A stretch of 20,000 bases of DNA. It comes from an uncultured virus (IMG/VR IMGVR_UViG_3300037420_000217) (Duplodnaviria; Heunggongvirae; Uroviricota; Caudoviricetes). The translations under genes and the position numbers were made by a program. Below, piece after piece: positions 8,473 through 15,117 of this stretch; positions within the stretch are counted from its first letter, which is position 1; every line of letters begins with the position of its first letter. The notes below the pieces were generated by a model, which had not been told where the DNA came from, searched no databases, and worked only from the letters and a program-made list of their open reading frames with translations. The DNA lies in the IMG/VR virus record IMGVR_UViG_3300037420_000217; one strand, 5' to 3'.

Positions 8473-8841
8473 TTAATAACGTGGCCGAATGCCCATGATC
8501 CGGGGGTTTAGGCACCTCCACTCGTATCCCCAATCAAGGTTGGTCGCCCACCCGAGCTTCCGGCTGCTCACTAGCCAGTCCGGCATATTGAGCTTGGCCC
8601 TCAGCTTGTGGATCATTTGATGGAGAGTGTTCGCCGGGTTCGATGGTCGCGGTCTCCCGGCCCAAAGCCCAGCAATCAGGTCCTCCTTGCTGATGTATCG
8701 CAAGTGGTGAGAGCTGGATAGGCTCGCGAGGTGTCGAGCCATGATGAGCTCAATGAGCTCGCCTTCCATGGGCGTCACGTCCACGACCCTTGGATATTGT
8801 CCGATGAATATGTGGACCTTGGAACAAGTGAGCTTTCGCAA
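8473..8841 (-). CDS. OmpR/PhoB-type winged-helix DNA-binding protein without a receiver domain
   Basis: VTPMEGELIELI...ISKEDLIAGLW...NTLHQMIHKLRAKL...LVSSRKLGW fits Trans_reg_C. Start revised to TTG 8841 (GGAGA 7 nt upstream), because the track start at 8940 lies inside the terminator. Confidence 0.72.
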   Translation of the reverse strand: MRKLTCSKVHIFIGQYPRVVDVTPMEGELIELIMARHLASLSSSHHLRYISKEDLIAGLWAGRPRPSNPANTLHQMIHKLRAKLNMPDWLVSSRKLGWATNLDWGYEWRCLNPRIMGIRPRY

Positions 8842-8924
8842 GTCGATGTCTCCGCAAGATGCGGCTCTTACATAACTCGCAAAGGATAATGGCGCTTCAC
8901 TTATTAAGTGACCTATCCCCGCAC

Positions 8925-8960
8925 AAGAAAAAGCCCCCACCGCTTCACAGCAGCAGGGGC
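8925..8960 (-). terminator. Rho-independent terminator
   Basis: Minus strand GCCCCTGCTGC-TGTGAA-GCGGTGGGGGC (11 bp including G-U pairs) followed by TTTTTCTT. Confidence 0.85.
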
Positions 8961-9000
8961 CTAGTCAGGGAGGAAACGCTCAGGGGTGAGCCTGAGCACA
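8925..9000 (-). ncRNA. Candidate alpha-r8 (MmgR-like) small RNA, about 76 nt
   Basis: 5' hairpin GCTCAGG-CTCACC-CCTGAGC, then unpaired GTTTCCTCCCTGACTA containing the exact UUUCCUCCCU decamer (8967-8976), then an intrinsic terminator. The 5' end is uncertain. Confidence 0.6.
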
Positions 9001-9023
9001 TCGCCCAGGTAACATCGCCCAGG
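8998..9023. repeat. 12-bp direct repeat ACATCGCCCAGG x2
   Basis: Exact copies at 8998-9009 and 9012-9023. Confidence 0.85.
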
Positions 9024-9036
9024 ACAGGCTGCCCGT

Positions 9037-9537
9037 CTACTTAGGAGGATTGTCCAGCCGGGGGCCGATGTCTGCTAGTACAACCCCAGCCAGACCGCCT
9101 GTATGGCCGAGCAACCACCAGCTGCCATCTGTTTCAAGCTCAGCAGGTTGCCAACCCTCGCCTTTAACACGCTTCACCCAATAGAACCCCGGCTCCCGCT
9201 TCGGAGGAGGATCAAGGAAGTCAGCCGCGTCCAGGAACATCTGCGCAGCTGGTGCGCCAACACGCGCAGACATACCTCTCAAGGCTTCAGCCAATGAGAC
9301 AGCCTCCACCGACCTCGGCAGCCCCTCCACCATCCAACGCACCATCTCGGTCGCCTGCGTCGCGGTGAACAGGTTCGTCCCGTTGGGCTCATGCCTCATG
9401 GGAGGTTTGCCCTGCTTGGCCATGTACTCCGCGCTGTGCTCAGGCTCGAATACGATCCCACAGTCAGGTGAGAAATTGGCAGGCAGCTTCCACCCTAGGA
9501 AACGGCTCACCATGTGCTTGATTTGTCTGTCATCCAT
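9037..9537 (-). CDS. Phage hypothetical protein (two domains)
   Basis: Start revised to ATG 9537 (AAGGAG RBS). MVSRFLGWKLP..FSPDCGI...GTNLFTATQA, plus a C-terminal REPGFYWV domain. Confidence 0.75.
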   Translation of the reverse strand: MDDRQIKHMVSRFLGWKLPANFSPDCGIVFEPEHSAEYMAKQGKPPMRHEPNGTNLFTATQATEMVRWMVEGLPRSVEAVSLAEALRGMSARVGAPAAQMFLDAADFLDPPPKREPGFYWVKRVKGEGWQPAELETDGSWWLLGHTGGLAGVVLADIGPRLDNPPK

Positions 9538-9775
9538 CCTTGTTCTCCTTCGATTTAGCTTCCAACTCGGCCACGCGATCAATCAAGCGTTTCTCACCGT
9601 CTAAATCCAACAACGGACTCAGTACAGTTAGCTCATTGTCGTACCAGGTGAACTGCGTGCCGATCAGCTTCCACAGGCCTTGACCGATGTGCTGGGCAAT
9701 CCGGGTTTCACCATGCTTGGCGAACTCGTTGGGCAGCAGCTGCACCCAATACAGGCCCTTCGATCGCTCAGTCAC
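9530..9775 (-). CDS. Hypothetical protein (GLYWV domain + short coiled coil)
   Basis: GTG start (9775 or 9778) overlapping the upstream TGA; protein-like composition. Confidence 0.7.
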   Translation of the reverse strand: MTERSKGLYWVQLLPNEFAKHGETRIAQHIGQGLWKLIGTQFTWYDNELTVLSPLLDLDGEKRLIDRVAELEAKSKENKDG

Positions 9776-9900
9776 CACTGAGCCTTATACACGCGATCTC
9801 CATTTACATAACAATCTTGATGTGGATCGCACCTCTCGTAGATTTGCGACCGATTACAAGCCGTCAGTCCCAGCATCACAACAATCAAGATGATCTTCAT
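9772..9900 (-). CDS. 42-aa lipoprotein (not in ORF track)
   Basis: MKIILIVVMLGLTA-CNRSQIYERCDPHQDCYVNGDRVYKAQW: lipobox LTAC, AAGGAGG RBS, ATGA/GTGA overlaps with both neighbours. Confidence 0.8.
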   Translation of the reverse strand: MKIILIVVMLGLTACNRSQIYERCDPHQDCYVNGDRVYKAQW

Positions 9901-10226
9901 GACTCGTCTGCCTCCTTCATCGCTGATGATTCATCCAACACTATCATTCGCGCTCGCTTACCGCCGACGTGGGCCATGACATGCGCTGTCATGGCAGCCT
10001 CTATCCGGCTGTAGTCCAGCTCCGGCAGCTCCGAAATCGGAGTGGTCATCCTCACCACGATAGGCATCTGCGGCACCATATCAAAGGTCCGTAGCTGGCC
10101 TGCCATGACGCGATACACCCCAGCCCACCGACCAACGCCAGGCTTCATCGTCCGACGACAGAACCTGGCACGATACGCCGGCAGCCTCCGCTTGGCCCGC
10201 TTGTTGACAGTCCTCAGTCGTGGCAT
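9897..10226 (-). CDS. Arg-rich hypothetical protein
   Basis: Start revised to ATG 10226 (AAGGAG RBS): MPRLRTVNKRAKRRLP... Confidence 0.7.
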   Translation of the reverse strand: MPRLRTVNKRAKRRLPAYRARFCRRTMKPGVGRWAGVYRVMAGQLRTFDMVPQMPIVVRMTTPISELPELDYSRIEAAMTAHVMAHVGGKRARMIVLDESSAMKEADES

Positions 10227-10702
10227 CCCTGCTCCTTTGCTAGGCGCTCGGTGAACGCCTCCATCTGCTCCAGCGTGTCGAAGCTGATGCTGTCGTACAT
10301 CGCTCCCTCGCCCACGGTCGCACCGCACTCCACCGCGATCCGGCGCATGGTCTCCATCTCAGTGGCGCTGTTCCGATCCTGGATCAGGCGCTGTGTGAAG
10401 TCCATCCTCAGCAACGGCTCCACAGCAGGTGAACTTGCGACATACGCCCACGCTCCACCTTGGATGGGTCCATCCCATCTGGCGTAGCTTCGATTGAACA
10501 CATCGCTGTGCTTGTAACCGTGGTGTACAGATTCAATCAGGCCAGCCCAGACCTCATCAGCGCTCGCGCCATCCCACCTGACATAGCTCGTGTTGGACAC
10601 GCCCCACACCTTGGACGTCCGGCGGCGCGTGAAGGCCTTGTGAGACCATTCCCACGACAGCAGTCGCCTCAACCGGCGCTTGTTCGCCGTCCGCAGCCTC
10701 AT
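10214..10702 (-). CDS. Hypothetical protein with Arg-rich N-terminus
   Basis: Start ATG 10702, ATGA overlap, GAAGGGGG RBS: MRLRTANKRRLRR... Confidence 0.7.
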   Translation of the reverse strand: MRLRTANKRRLRRLLSWEWSHKAFTRRRTSKVWGVSNTSYVRWDGASADEVWAGLIESVHHGYKHSDVFNRSYARWDGPIQGGAWAYVASSPAVEPLLRMDFTQRLIQDRNSATEMETMRRIAVECGATVGEGAMYDSISFDTLEQMEAFTERLAKEQGCHD

Positions 10703-10935
10703 CGTTTGGCCCCCTTCATGTAGGCCCACGGCCAGACGTTCCTGATCCTATAGCCGTCCAGCGACATGCGTTTGGCTTCAGCCAACGGCAGCTTCATCAG
10801 CCCCACAGCGCTACCGGATTGGTAGATGCTAGCCGCAAGGGCAAGGTGCAGCGTCGTTAGCACCCCTCTGCGCTCCAGATAGATGTTAGCAGGCAGCCCC
10901 TCTTCAGGGCCGACGTTGAATGTCCGCAGCCTCAC
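10699..10935 (-). CDS. Hypothetical protein
   Basis: GTGA overlap with the upstream gene; MRLRTFN... Confidence 0.65.
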   Translation of the reverse strand: MRLRTFNVGPEEGLPANIYLERRGVLTTLHLALAASIYQSGSAVGLMKLPLAEAKRMSLDGYRIRNVWPWAYMKGAKR

Positions 10936-11420
10936 GACGCACTCACCGACATCAGCTCGCTCACCTTCCCCGGCTGGATGCGATCAAAGGCGCGCTCCAT
11001 GCCCGTGTACTGGAAGGATTTGTTGCGGTTGCGCACCAGCTCGGCGCGGAGATAGCCGTGGTCCTCCACCACCGGCGACAACACGGTGATGTTGCTAACC
11101 CATCGCAGCTGGTAGAGGTCCCCGGCTGCGTCGGTCACGTAGTCCCCGGCCTGGGCCGGGAGGCTGGCGTTCATGTAGCGCTGGACCGCCGCTTCCAGCG
11201 CCGTGACCCACGCTAGGGTGAACGCGTTATCCACACCCTTGCTGGTCAGGAGGCTCTGGGTCAGCTCACGGCCCAACACCGTCACGATGCTCTCAAGAGC
11301 ATACAGCTCCATCAGGTCCGGCAGGTCTGCGTCCTCCCGCCGCCTGAGGTCTTGGGCCATCGTGGTGAAGGCGTCAGCCATCCGACTGATCACCGTGATC
11401 GAGCTGTTGTTCTGAATCAT
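10932..11420 (-). CDS. Hypothetical protein (helical)
   Basis: ATGA overlap, GAGGG RBS, 162 aa. Confidence 0.7.
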   Translation of the reverse strand: MIQNNSSITVISRMADAFTTMAQDLRRREDADLPDLMELYALESIVTVLGRELTQSLLTSKGVDNAFTLAWVTALEAAVQRYMNASLPAQAGDYVTDAAGDLYQLRWVSNITVLSPVVEDHGYLRAELVRNRNKSFQYTGMERAFDRIQPGKVSELMSVSAS

Positions 11421-11605
11421 TTCTTGTCCCTCTGCTCTGTTCTAGCTCTACGGATACAAGTTGCATGGGCGTAGGCAATCGCACCAGCTGGCACTTCGTA
11501 CCCAAGGAATTTCAAAATCGTGGTTGAGCCTATGCCTCCTGGCTTCCCACAGATGCCGCAGCACCGGACGTTCGGATCAGATCGCTTGAGCGGGATGCCC
11601 ATCAC
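11417..11605 (-). CDS. Small putative zinc-finger protein
   Basis: CCGICGKP...HATC; overlaps both neighbours. Confidence 0.6.
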   Translation of the reverse strand: MMGIPLKRSDPNVRCCGICGKPGGIGSTTILKFLGYEVPAGAIAYAHATCIRRARTEQRDKK

Positions 11606-11850
11606 TTCCCCTCCAAATGCTTCCGCATCACACGGTCCTGCTCTGCGAGCTGCGTCTTGAGATTGGCTAGCCGCTCAGCCTTCGCCTGCCGGATCGGTAT
11701 GTCCATTCCCATGTCGATCAGCCTGCGGCAGGCCGCCCCCTCTCCTGCAGCGTGGACCATCACCGGGCCACGGTTCGGCAGGTTCGCATACCGAAGCCCA
11801 CGACCGCACCACTTGCAGCGAGCACGCATCAGGTTTGAGGGGATGTCCAT
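11602..11850 (-). CDS. Small putative zinc-binding protein
   Basis: CKWCG...H...C followed by a helical C-terminus; TGATG overlap. Confidence 0.65.
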   Translation of the reverse strand: MDIPSNLMRARCKWCGRGLRYANLPNRGPVMVHAAGEGAACRRLIDMGMDIPIRQAKAERLANLKTQLAEQDRVMRKHLEGK

Positions 11851-12503
11851 CAGATGTACATAAGCTGCTTGGGGCTCAACGGCGTGGCGTACTGCGGCGA
11901 GGGATCGCGGAGCCAGGCGACCACCTGCTGAGCGAGCTTCCGGCGGAATTCGCTCTTGAGACGCTTGCTCTCGACCTGCTTGGCGAGCTTGATCACCCGC
12001 TCCAGATCGTCCTTGCGATAGGCCGCTTCTAGCCGCTTCACAGCAGACGGACGCACCCCGAACTCCCGAGCCAGCTCAGCGCGGCGCTTGGACGCCGACC
12101 GGCGCGACTGCACGTCGTACACCCGCTGACGGCGCTTGATCCAGGCTTCGTGGGCTGCCCGAACCTCAGGCGTCGCGTCTACATAGGAATTGTAGGATGG
12201 ATAGGACCAGCCACGAGTGGAGGCAAAGCAGATGTCTTCAGGCGATTGCGTTTCCGGGTTCCACACGACCATATGGAAATCACTGTCGTCATAGCCGTTG
12301 CGCTCATAGTCCTTGAGGCACAGGCCGATGTGGGTTTCATAGGTCCATAGACCAGTGGGGCCTGCGTGGTCCACGTAGACGTACTTGCGGCCGGTCTCAT
12401 CCCACTGGCCCAACTGGTAACCAGCCCCACGATGCGAGGCCTGGACGTTCTGCGCCCCTTCGGGGAGCTTGTCCGGGGTGAATTCGAAGCGAATGATCGC
12501 CAT
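11850..12503 (-). CDS. Early phage hypothetical protein (217 aa)
   Basis: GGAG RBS, directly after a strong promoter; NGYDDSDF, VDATPEV and PLSPKQ segments. Function unknown. Confidence 0.8.
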   Translation of the reverse strand: MAIIRFEFTPDKLPEGAQNVQASHRGAGYQLGQWDETGRKYVYVDHAGPTGLWTYETHIGLCLKDYERNGYDDSDFHMVVWNPETQSPEDICFASTRGWSYPSYNSYVDATPEVRAAHEAWIKRRQRVYDVQSRRSASKRRAELAREFGVRPSAVKRLEAAYRKDDLERVIKLAKQVESKRLKSEFRRKLAQQVVAWLRDPSPQYATPLSPKQLMYI

Positions 12504-12534
12504 CTCAGTAGCTCCAACTCAGTTTCTAAGACAA

Positions 12535-12563
12535 CTTGTAGCCTCACTCAGGGGATAGGTCAA
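12535..12563 (-). promoter_or_regulatory. Housekeeping-sigma (early) promoter P1
   Basis: TTGACC-N17-TACAAG (GCTACA), close to the Caulobacter TTGAC..GCTANA consensus, with an upstream AT tract AAAATTAATTT. Confidence 0.75.
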
Positions 12564-12594
12564 GCCCCAACGACAAATTAATTTTGCCGTTGGC

Positions 12595-12635
12595 ACGAAA
12601 AGGCCCCACCTGTGCGGGGAACACTGGCGGGGCCT
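12595..12635 (-). terminator. Rho-independent terminator
   Basis: Minus strand AGGCCCCGCC...GGTGGGGCCT stem followed by TTTCGT. Confidence 0.7.
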
Positions 12636-12687
12636 CAGGGCAACTTCATTCAATGGGGGAAAGTAAGTGCAAGACCAGAACACTACT

Positions 12688-12951
12688 TCATGCGTCACCT
12701 CCCGGATCGCCGACGACCAGGTGAGCATCCGACTCAGCACCGGCGGGGTCTATCCCCGCTGCCTTGGTCGTCAGCGAGAGGAGCACCTTGTGGGCGTCAG
12801 CCTCGGTGTCGTGAGGTCCCTTGTACTTGAACCCCCACTCAGCGGCGTCGTCCACGACATGCCAGCCCTCAAAGATGGACTCCCGCAGGCCGCTCTCGTG
12901 GAACAGGTCTTCAGCCTCGCGCTCGCTCAGGTGTACCACTCGCAGAGTCAT
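12688..12951 (-). CDS. Acidic 87-aa hypothetical protein in its own transcription unit
   Basis: Start revised to ATG 12951 (GAGGAG RBS); flanked by promoter P2 and the terminator. Confidence 0.7.
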   Translation of the reverse strand: MTLRVVHLSEREAEDLFHESGLRESIFEGWHVVDDAAEWGFKYKGPHDTEADAHKVLLSLTTKAAGIDPAGAESDAHLVVGDPGGDA

Positions 12952-12986
12952 CCCGTCCACTCCTCTGTTTCTGCCACAGACATAGT

Positions 12987-13014
12987 GCTGTAGCTTGAGG
13001 CGGGGATAGGTCAA
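12987..13014 (-). promoter_or_regulatory. Housekeeping-sigma (early) promoter P2
   Basis: TTGACC-N16-TACAGC (GCTACA); shares CTTGACCTATCCCC with P1. Confidence 0.7.
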
Positions 13015-13346
13015 GAGGATTGATTGTCAACCCACCTCCGCACCAGGCGGCCCTTCCCGTCCCTCTGGGCAGTCTGGGAGAACTCTCGGGCACCGCCGCC
13101 CGCGTGGTGTAGACCCAGCCTATACGCACGTCCCACAACCGCGTTGTGGGTAGCTCCAAGCCGAGCGGCGATCACACGTACGGGCACGCCCTGCGCATAC
13201 CAGCGTCGCAGCTTCCCGTCCCTGTCGTCAGTGTGCCAGAAGGGGTGGAAGCGCTGCTGCTTGAGGATGACATGGCTGCGATCCTCCTGACCTTCCTCAA
13301 GCATGTGGAGATGGTCATCAGCAACATCAGGGTCTAGGATACGCAT
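13011..13346 (-). CDS. GcrA-like HTH protein (N-terminal DNA-binding domain only)
   Basis: WHTDDRDGKLRRWYAQGVPVRVIAARLGATHNAVVGRAYRLGL aligns by eye with GcrA WTDER...LKKLW..GLSASQIA..LGGVTRNAVIGKVHRLGL. No Cys-containing C-terminal domain. Confidence 0.78.
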   Translation of the reverse strand: MRILDPDVADDHLHMLEEGQEDRSHVILKQQRFHPFWHTDDRDGKLRRWYAQGVPVRVIAARLGATHNAVVGRAYRLGLHHAGGGAREFSQTAQRDGKGRLVRRWVDNQSS

Positions 13347-13348
13347 AA

Positions 13349-13621
13349 CTACAGTCCAGCAGCTCTCTCAATCGCAGCTTTTACCATAGACTGCCAGACC
13401 CTGTACATAAGCCATCCAGCCTTGAGATCGCGGGTTACGTAGGTCCCGGCCTCGTATGTCAGTCTCTCACGTCGGTGGAGCATCCGGGCCAAGGCTGCCC
13501 GACGACGCTTCAGCTTCTTGGGCACCAGCCTGTAGTGTCTGCTGCATAGGTATTCCTGCCCAACGAACTTGGCCGACGTGTTGGGACACCCAGGGACCTC
13601 ACAGCAGACCCGGCTCACCAC
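13349..13621 (-). CDS. Basic putative zinc-finger protein
   Basis: CEVPGC...LCSRHYRLVP (CCCH pattern). Confidence 0.65.
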   Translation of the reverse strand: MVSRVCCEVPGCPNTSAKFVGQEYLCSRHYRLVPKKLKRRRAALARMLHRRERLTYEAGTYVTRDLKAGWLMYRVWQSMVKAAIERAAGL

Positions 13622-13941
13622 ACCACCAACACAAAGCGGTCAGCCTGCTCAAACTCAGCCTTGTCCCGAACCCAGAGCCCTGGAGGGTGAGGATAGAGGT
13701 GCTTGTACAGCACACGTTCCCGGCCGTCGTCAGCATCCCTGATAAGCTGCAGACGTGCGTACAGGCCGCCTTTCTTGTGCTTGAACAAGTTGCCGAAGGC
13801 TATCCAGCAGTTCACCTGGTCCATGCCGTACAGGTGGTCCAGCGCCTTCTGCTCATGCGGCTCTAGCCGATAGGTCGGACGCGAGGCTGTCCGTTGGACA
13901 TAGGTGTCGTCCTTTGGGTATGGACCCGGACCGGCCATCAC
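13615..13941 (-). CDS. DUF1653-like protein
   Basis: FKHKKGGLY...ERVLYKHLY...LWVRDKAEF matches the DUF1653 pattern YRHYKG..Y...VVY..LY...WVRP..MF. Confidence 0.7.
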   Translation of the reverse strand: MMAGPGPYPKDDTYVQRTASRPTYRLEPHEQKALDHLYGMDQVNCWIAFGNLFKHKKGGLYARLQLIRDADDGRERVLYKHLYPHPPGLWVRDKAEFEQADRFVLVVW

Positions 13942-14357
13942 GGACCACTCCCATGAGCCGGCACCGCCCGGCCGATGTCGGCGCTCAGGGTGGACAGCTC
14001 GACCCCCAACATCCCCGCCAGCTTGCCCAGCGCTCGCTCCAGGGCCGTGACCCGAGCCTTGGTCCGCTCCAGCTCCTCACCGCCGAACATGTCCGGCTGT
14101 ACCGGTCCAGACGGCTGAGGCCTCCACAACAGCCCGAACTCCTCATTGCGTAGCTTGCCGACCGCCTTGGCGCCATGGCCAGGGTAGTCCGGGAAGGCCT
14201 CCCGAGCCACACGAGCATCGTCCCAGCCCTCGGCATACATGACGGTCCTGGGCTCATGAAGCATCAGGACCGTATGCTGCTCCAGCAGCTTCATCGCCGC
14301 GAAGCTCTGTCCCCGCGTCAGCTTCTTGAAGGATGGTTCGGGTCTGTTAGTTGCCAT
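13938..14357 (-). CDS. Hypothetical protein (HTH-like + coiled coil)
   Basis: ATG 14357 with GAGGG RBS; WDDARVAREA...AVGKLR, ELERTKARVTALERAL. Confidence 0.7.
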   Translation of the reverse strand: MATNRPEPSFKKLTRGQSFAAMKLLEQHTVLMLHEPRTVMYAEGWDDARVAREAFPDYPGHGAKAVGKLRNEEFGLLWRPQPSGPVQPDMFGGEELERTKARVTALERALGKLAGMLGVELSTLSADIGRAVPAHGSGP

Positions 14358-14368
14358 TGTAGTCCCTC

Positions 14369-14758
14369 TCACTTGATGGTGACGGTCACGTTCCCAATCA
14401 CTGCGACGTCAACCGGTTTGATGCGATCCCTGATCCGGGTCCACAGGTGGTGCTCAGTCTTCCAATACGGTTGACCAGCCTTGGCAGCAATCCTGCGAGT
14501 GATGTGCTCCACGTCACTCCAAACATACCAGATGGCATGCCAACGCGGAGGGCGACCAAAGTCGAATAGACGCGGCTTGAAGATGCTGACCTCAAGGTGC
14601 AGTCCGCTGAAGATCACGGTGCCATCGTCACGCGACGTCATCAGATCGCGGCGGGTGAACAGCATCAGCCAGACCAGCCAGCCTGAATCGTGGTATATGT
14701 TGCGTCCAGCATAGAAACTGAACAGTTGTGGCTTGCGCTTCTTCACTTCAGCACCCAC
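14369..14758 (-). CDS. Hypothetical Trp-rich protein
   Basis: Fills the minus-strand gap and overlaps the upstream gene. Confidence 0.6.
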   Translation of the reverse strand: MGAEVKKRKPQLFSFYAGRNIYHDSGWLVWLMLFTRRDLMTSRDDGTVIFSGLHLEVSIFKPRLFDFGRPPRWHAIWYVWSDVEHITRRIAAKAGQPYWKTEHHLWTRIRDRIKPVDVAVIGNVTVTIK

Positions 14759-15117
14759 GCCTTGTCGCAGTTGGGGCAGTAGCCGATCTCACGGTGGAAG
14801 CCCTTAGCAGACCTGACCCCGCTCAGCACGGTCAGGTCAGCATGCTCACAGTGATCCTCCGCCAGGCTCGGGGACACGCCTAGAAACACCGGAGGATGGC
14901 TGTAGCCGAGCCCCGTGATACCGAGCACAGCCGGATGGCCCGCGTTCAGCAGGCGCAGCTCCTCCGGCGTCGGCTCCCAGGCGGAACACTGAGCGTTGCC
15001 CGCAGCAGTCTGGATGTCTCGAACAGCCAGACTGCTGCACTCCCCGTGCTCCTCCGGGTTCCAGCCAGGAGGCTTGCCCAACCAACGGGTGAAGCCAGCG
15101 ATACGAGCGGGGATCAT
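14743..15117 (-). CDS. Phage hypothetical protein with C-terminal zinc-ribbon-like motif
   Basis: LGKPPGW...CSSL..RD...SAWEPTPEEL..LNAG...HPPV; CEH...CPNC. Confidence 0.72.
   Translation of the reverse strand: MIPARIAGFTRWLGKPPGWNPEEHGECSSLAVRDIQTAAGNAQCSAWEPTPEELRLLNAGHPAVLGITGLGYSHPPVFLGVSPSLAEDHCEHADLTVLSGVRSAKGFHREIGYCPNCDKAWVLK

Noticed and set aside
12551..13015. CRISPR array suggested by GCGGGGATAG / GTGTTCCCCGC fragments
   Set aside because: Copies are partial, irregularly spaced and in mixed orientation, and there are no cas genes; the promoter/operator explanation fits better.
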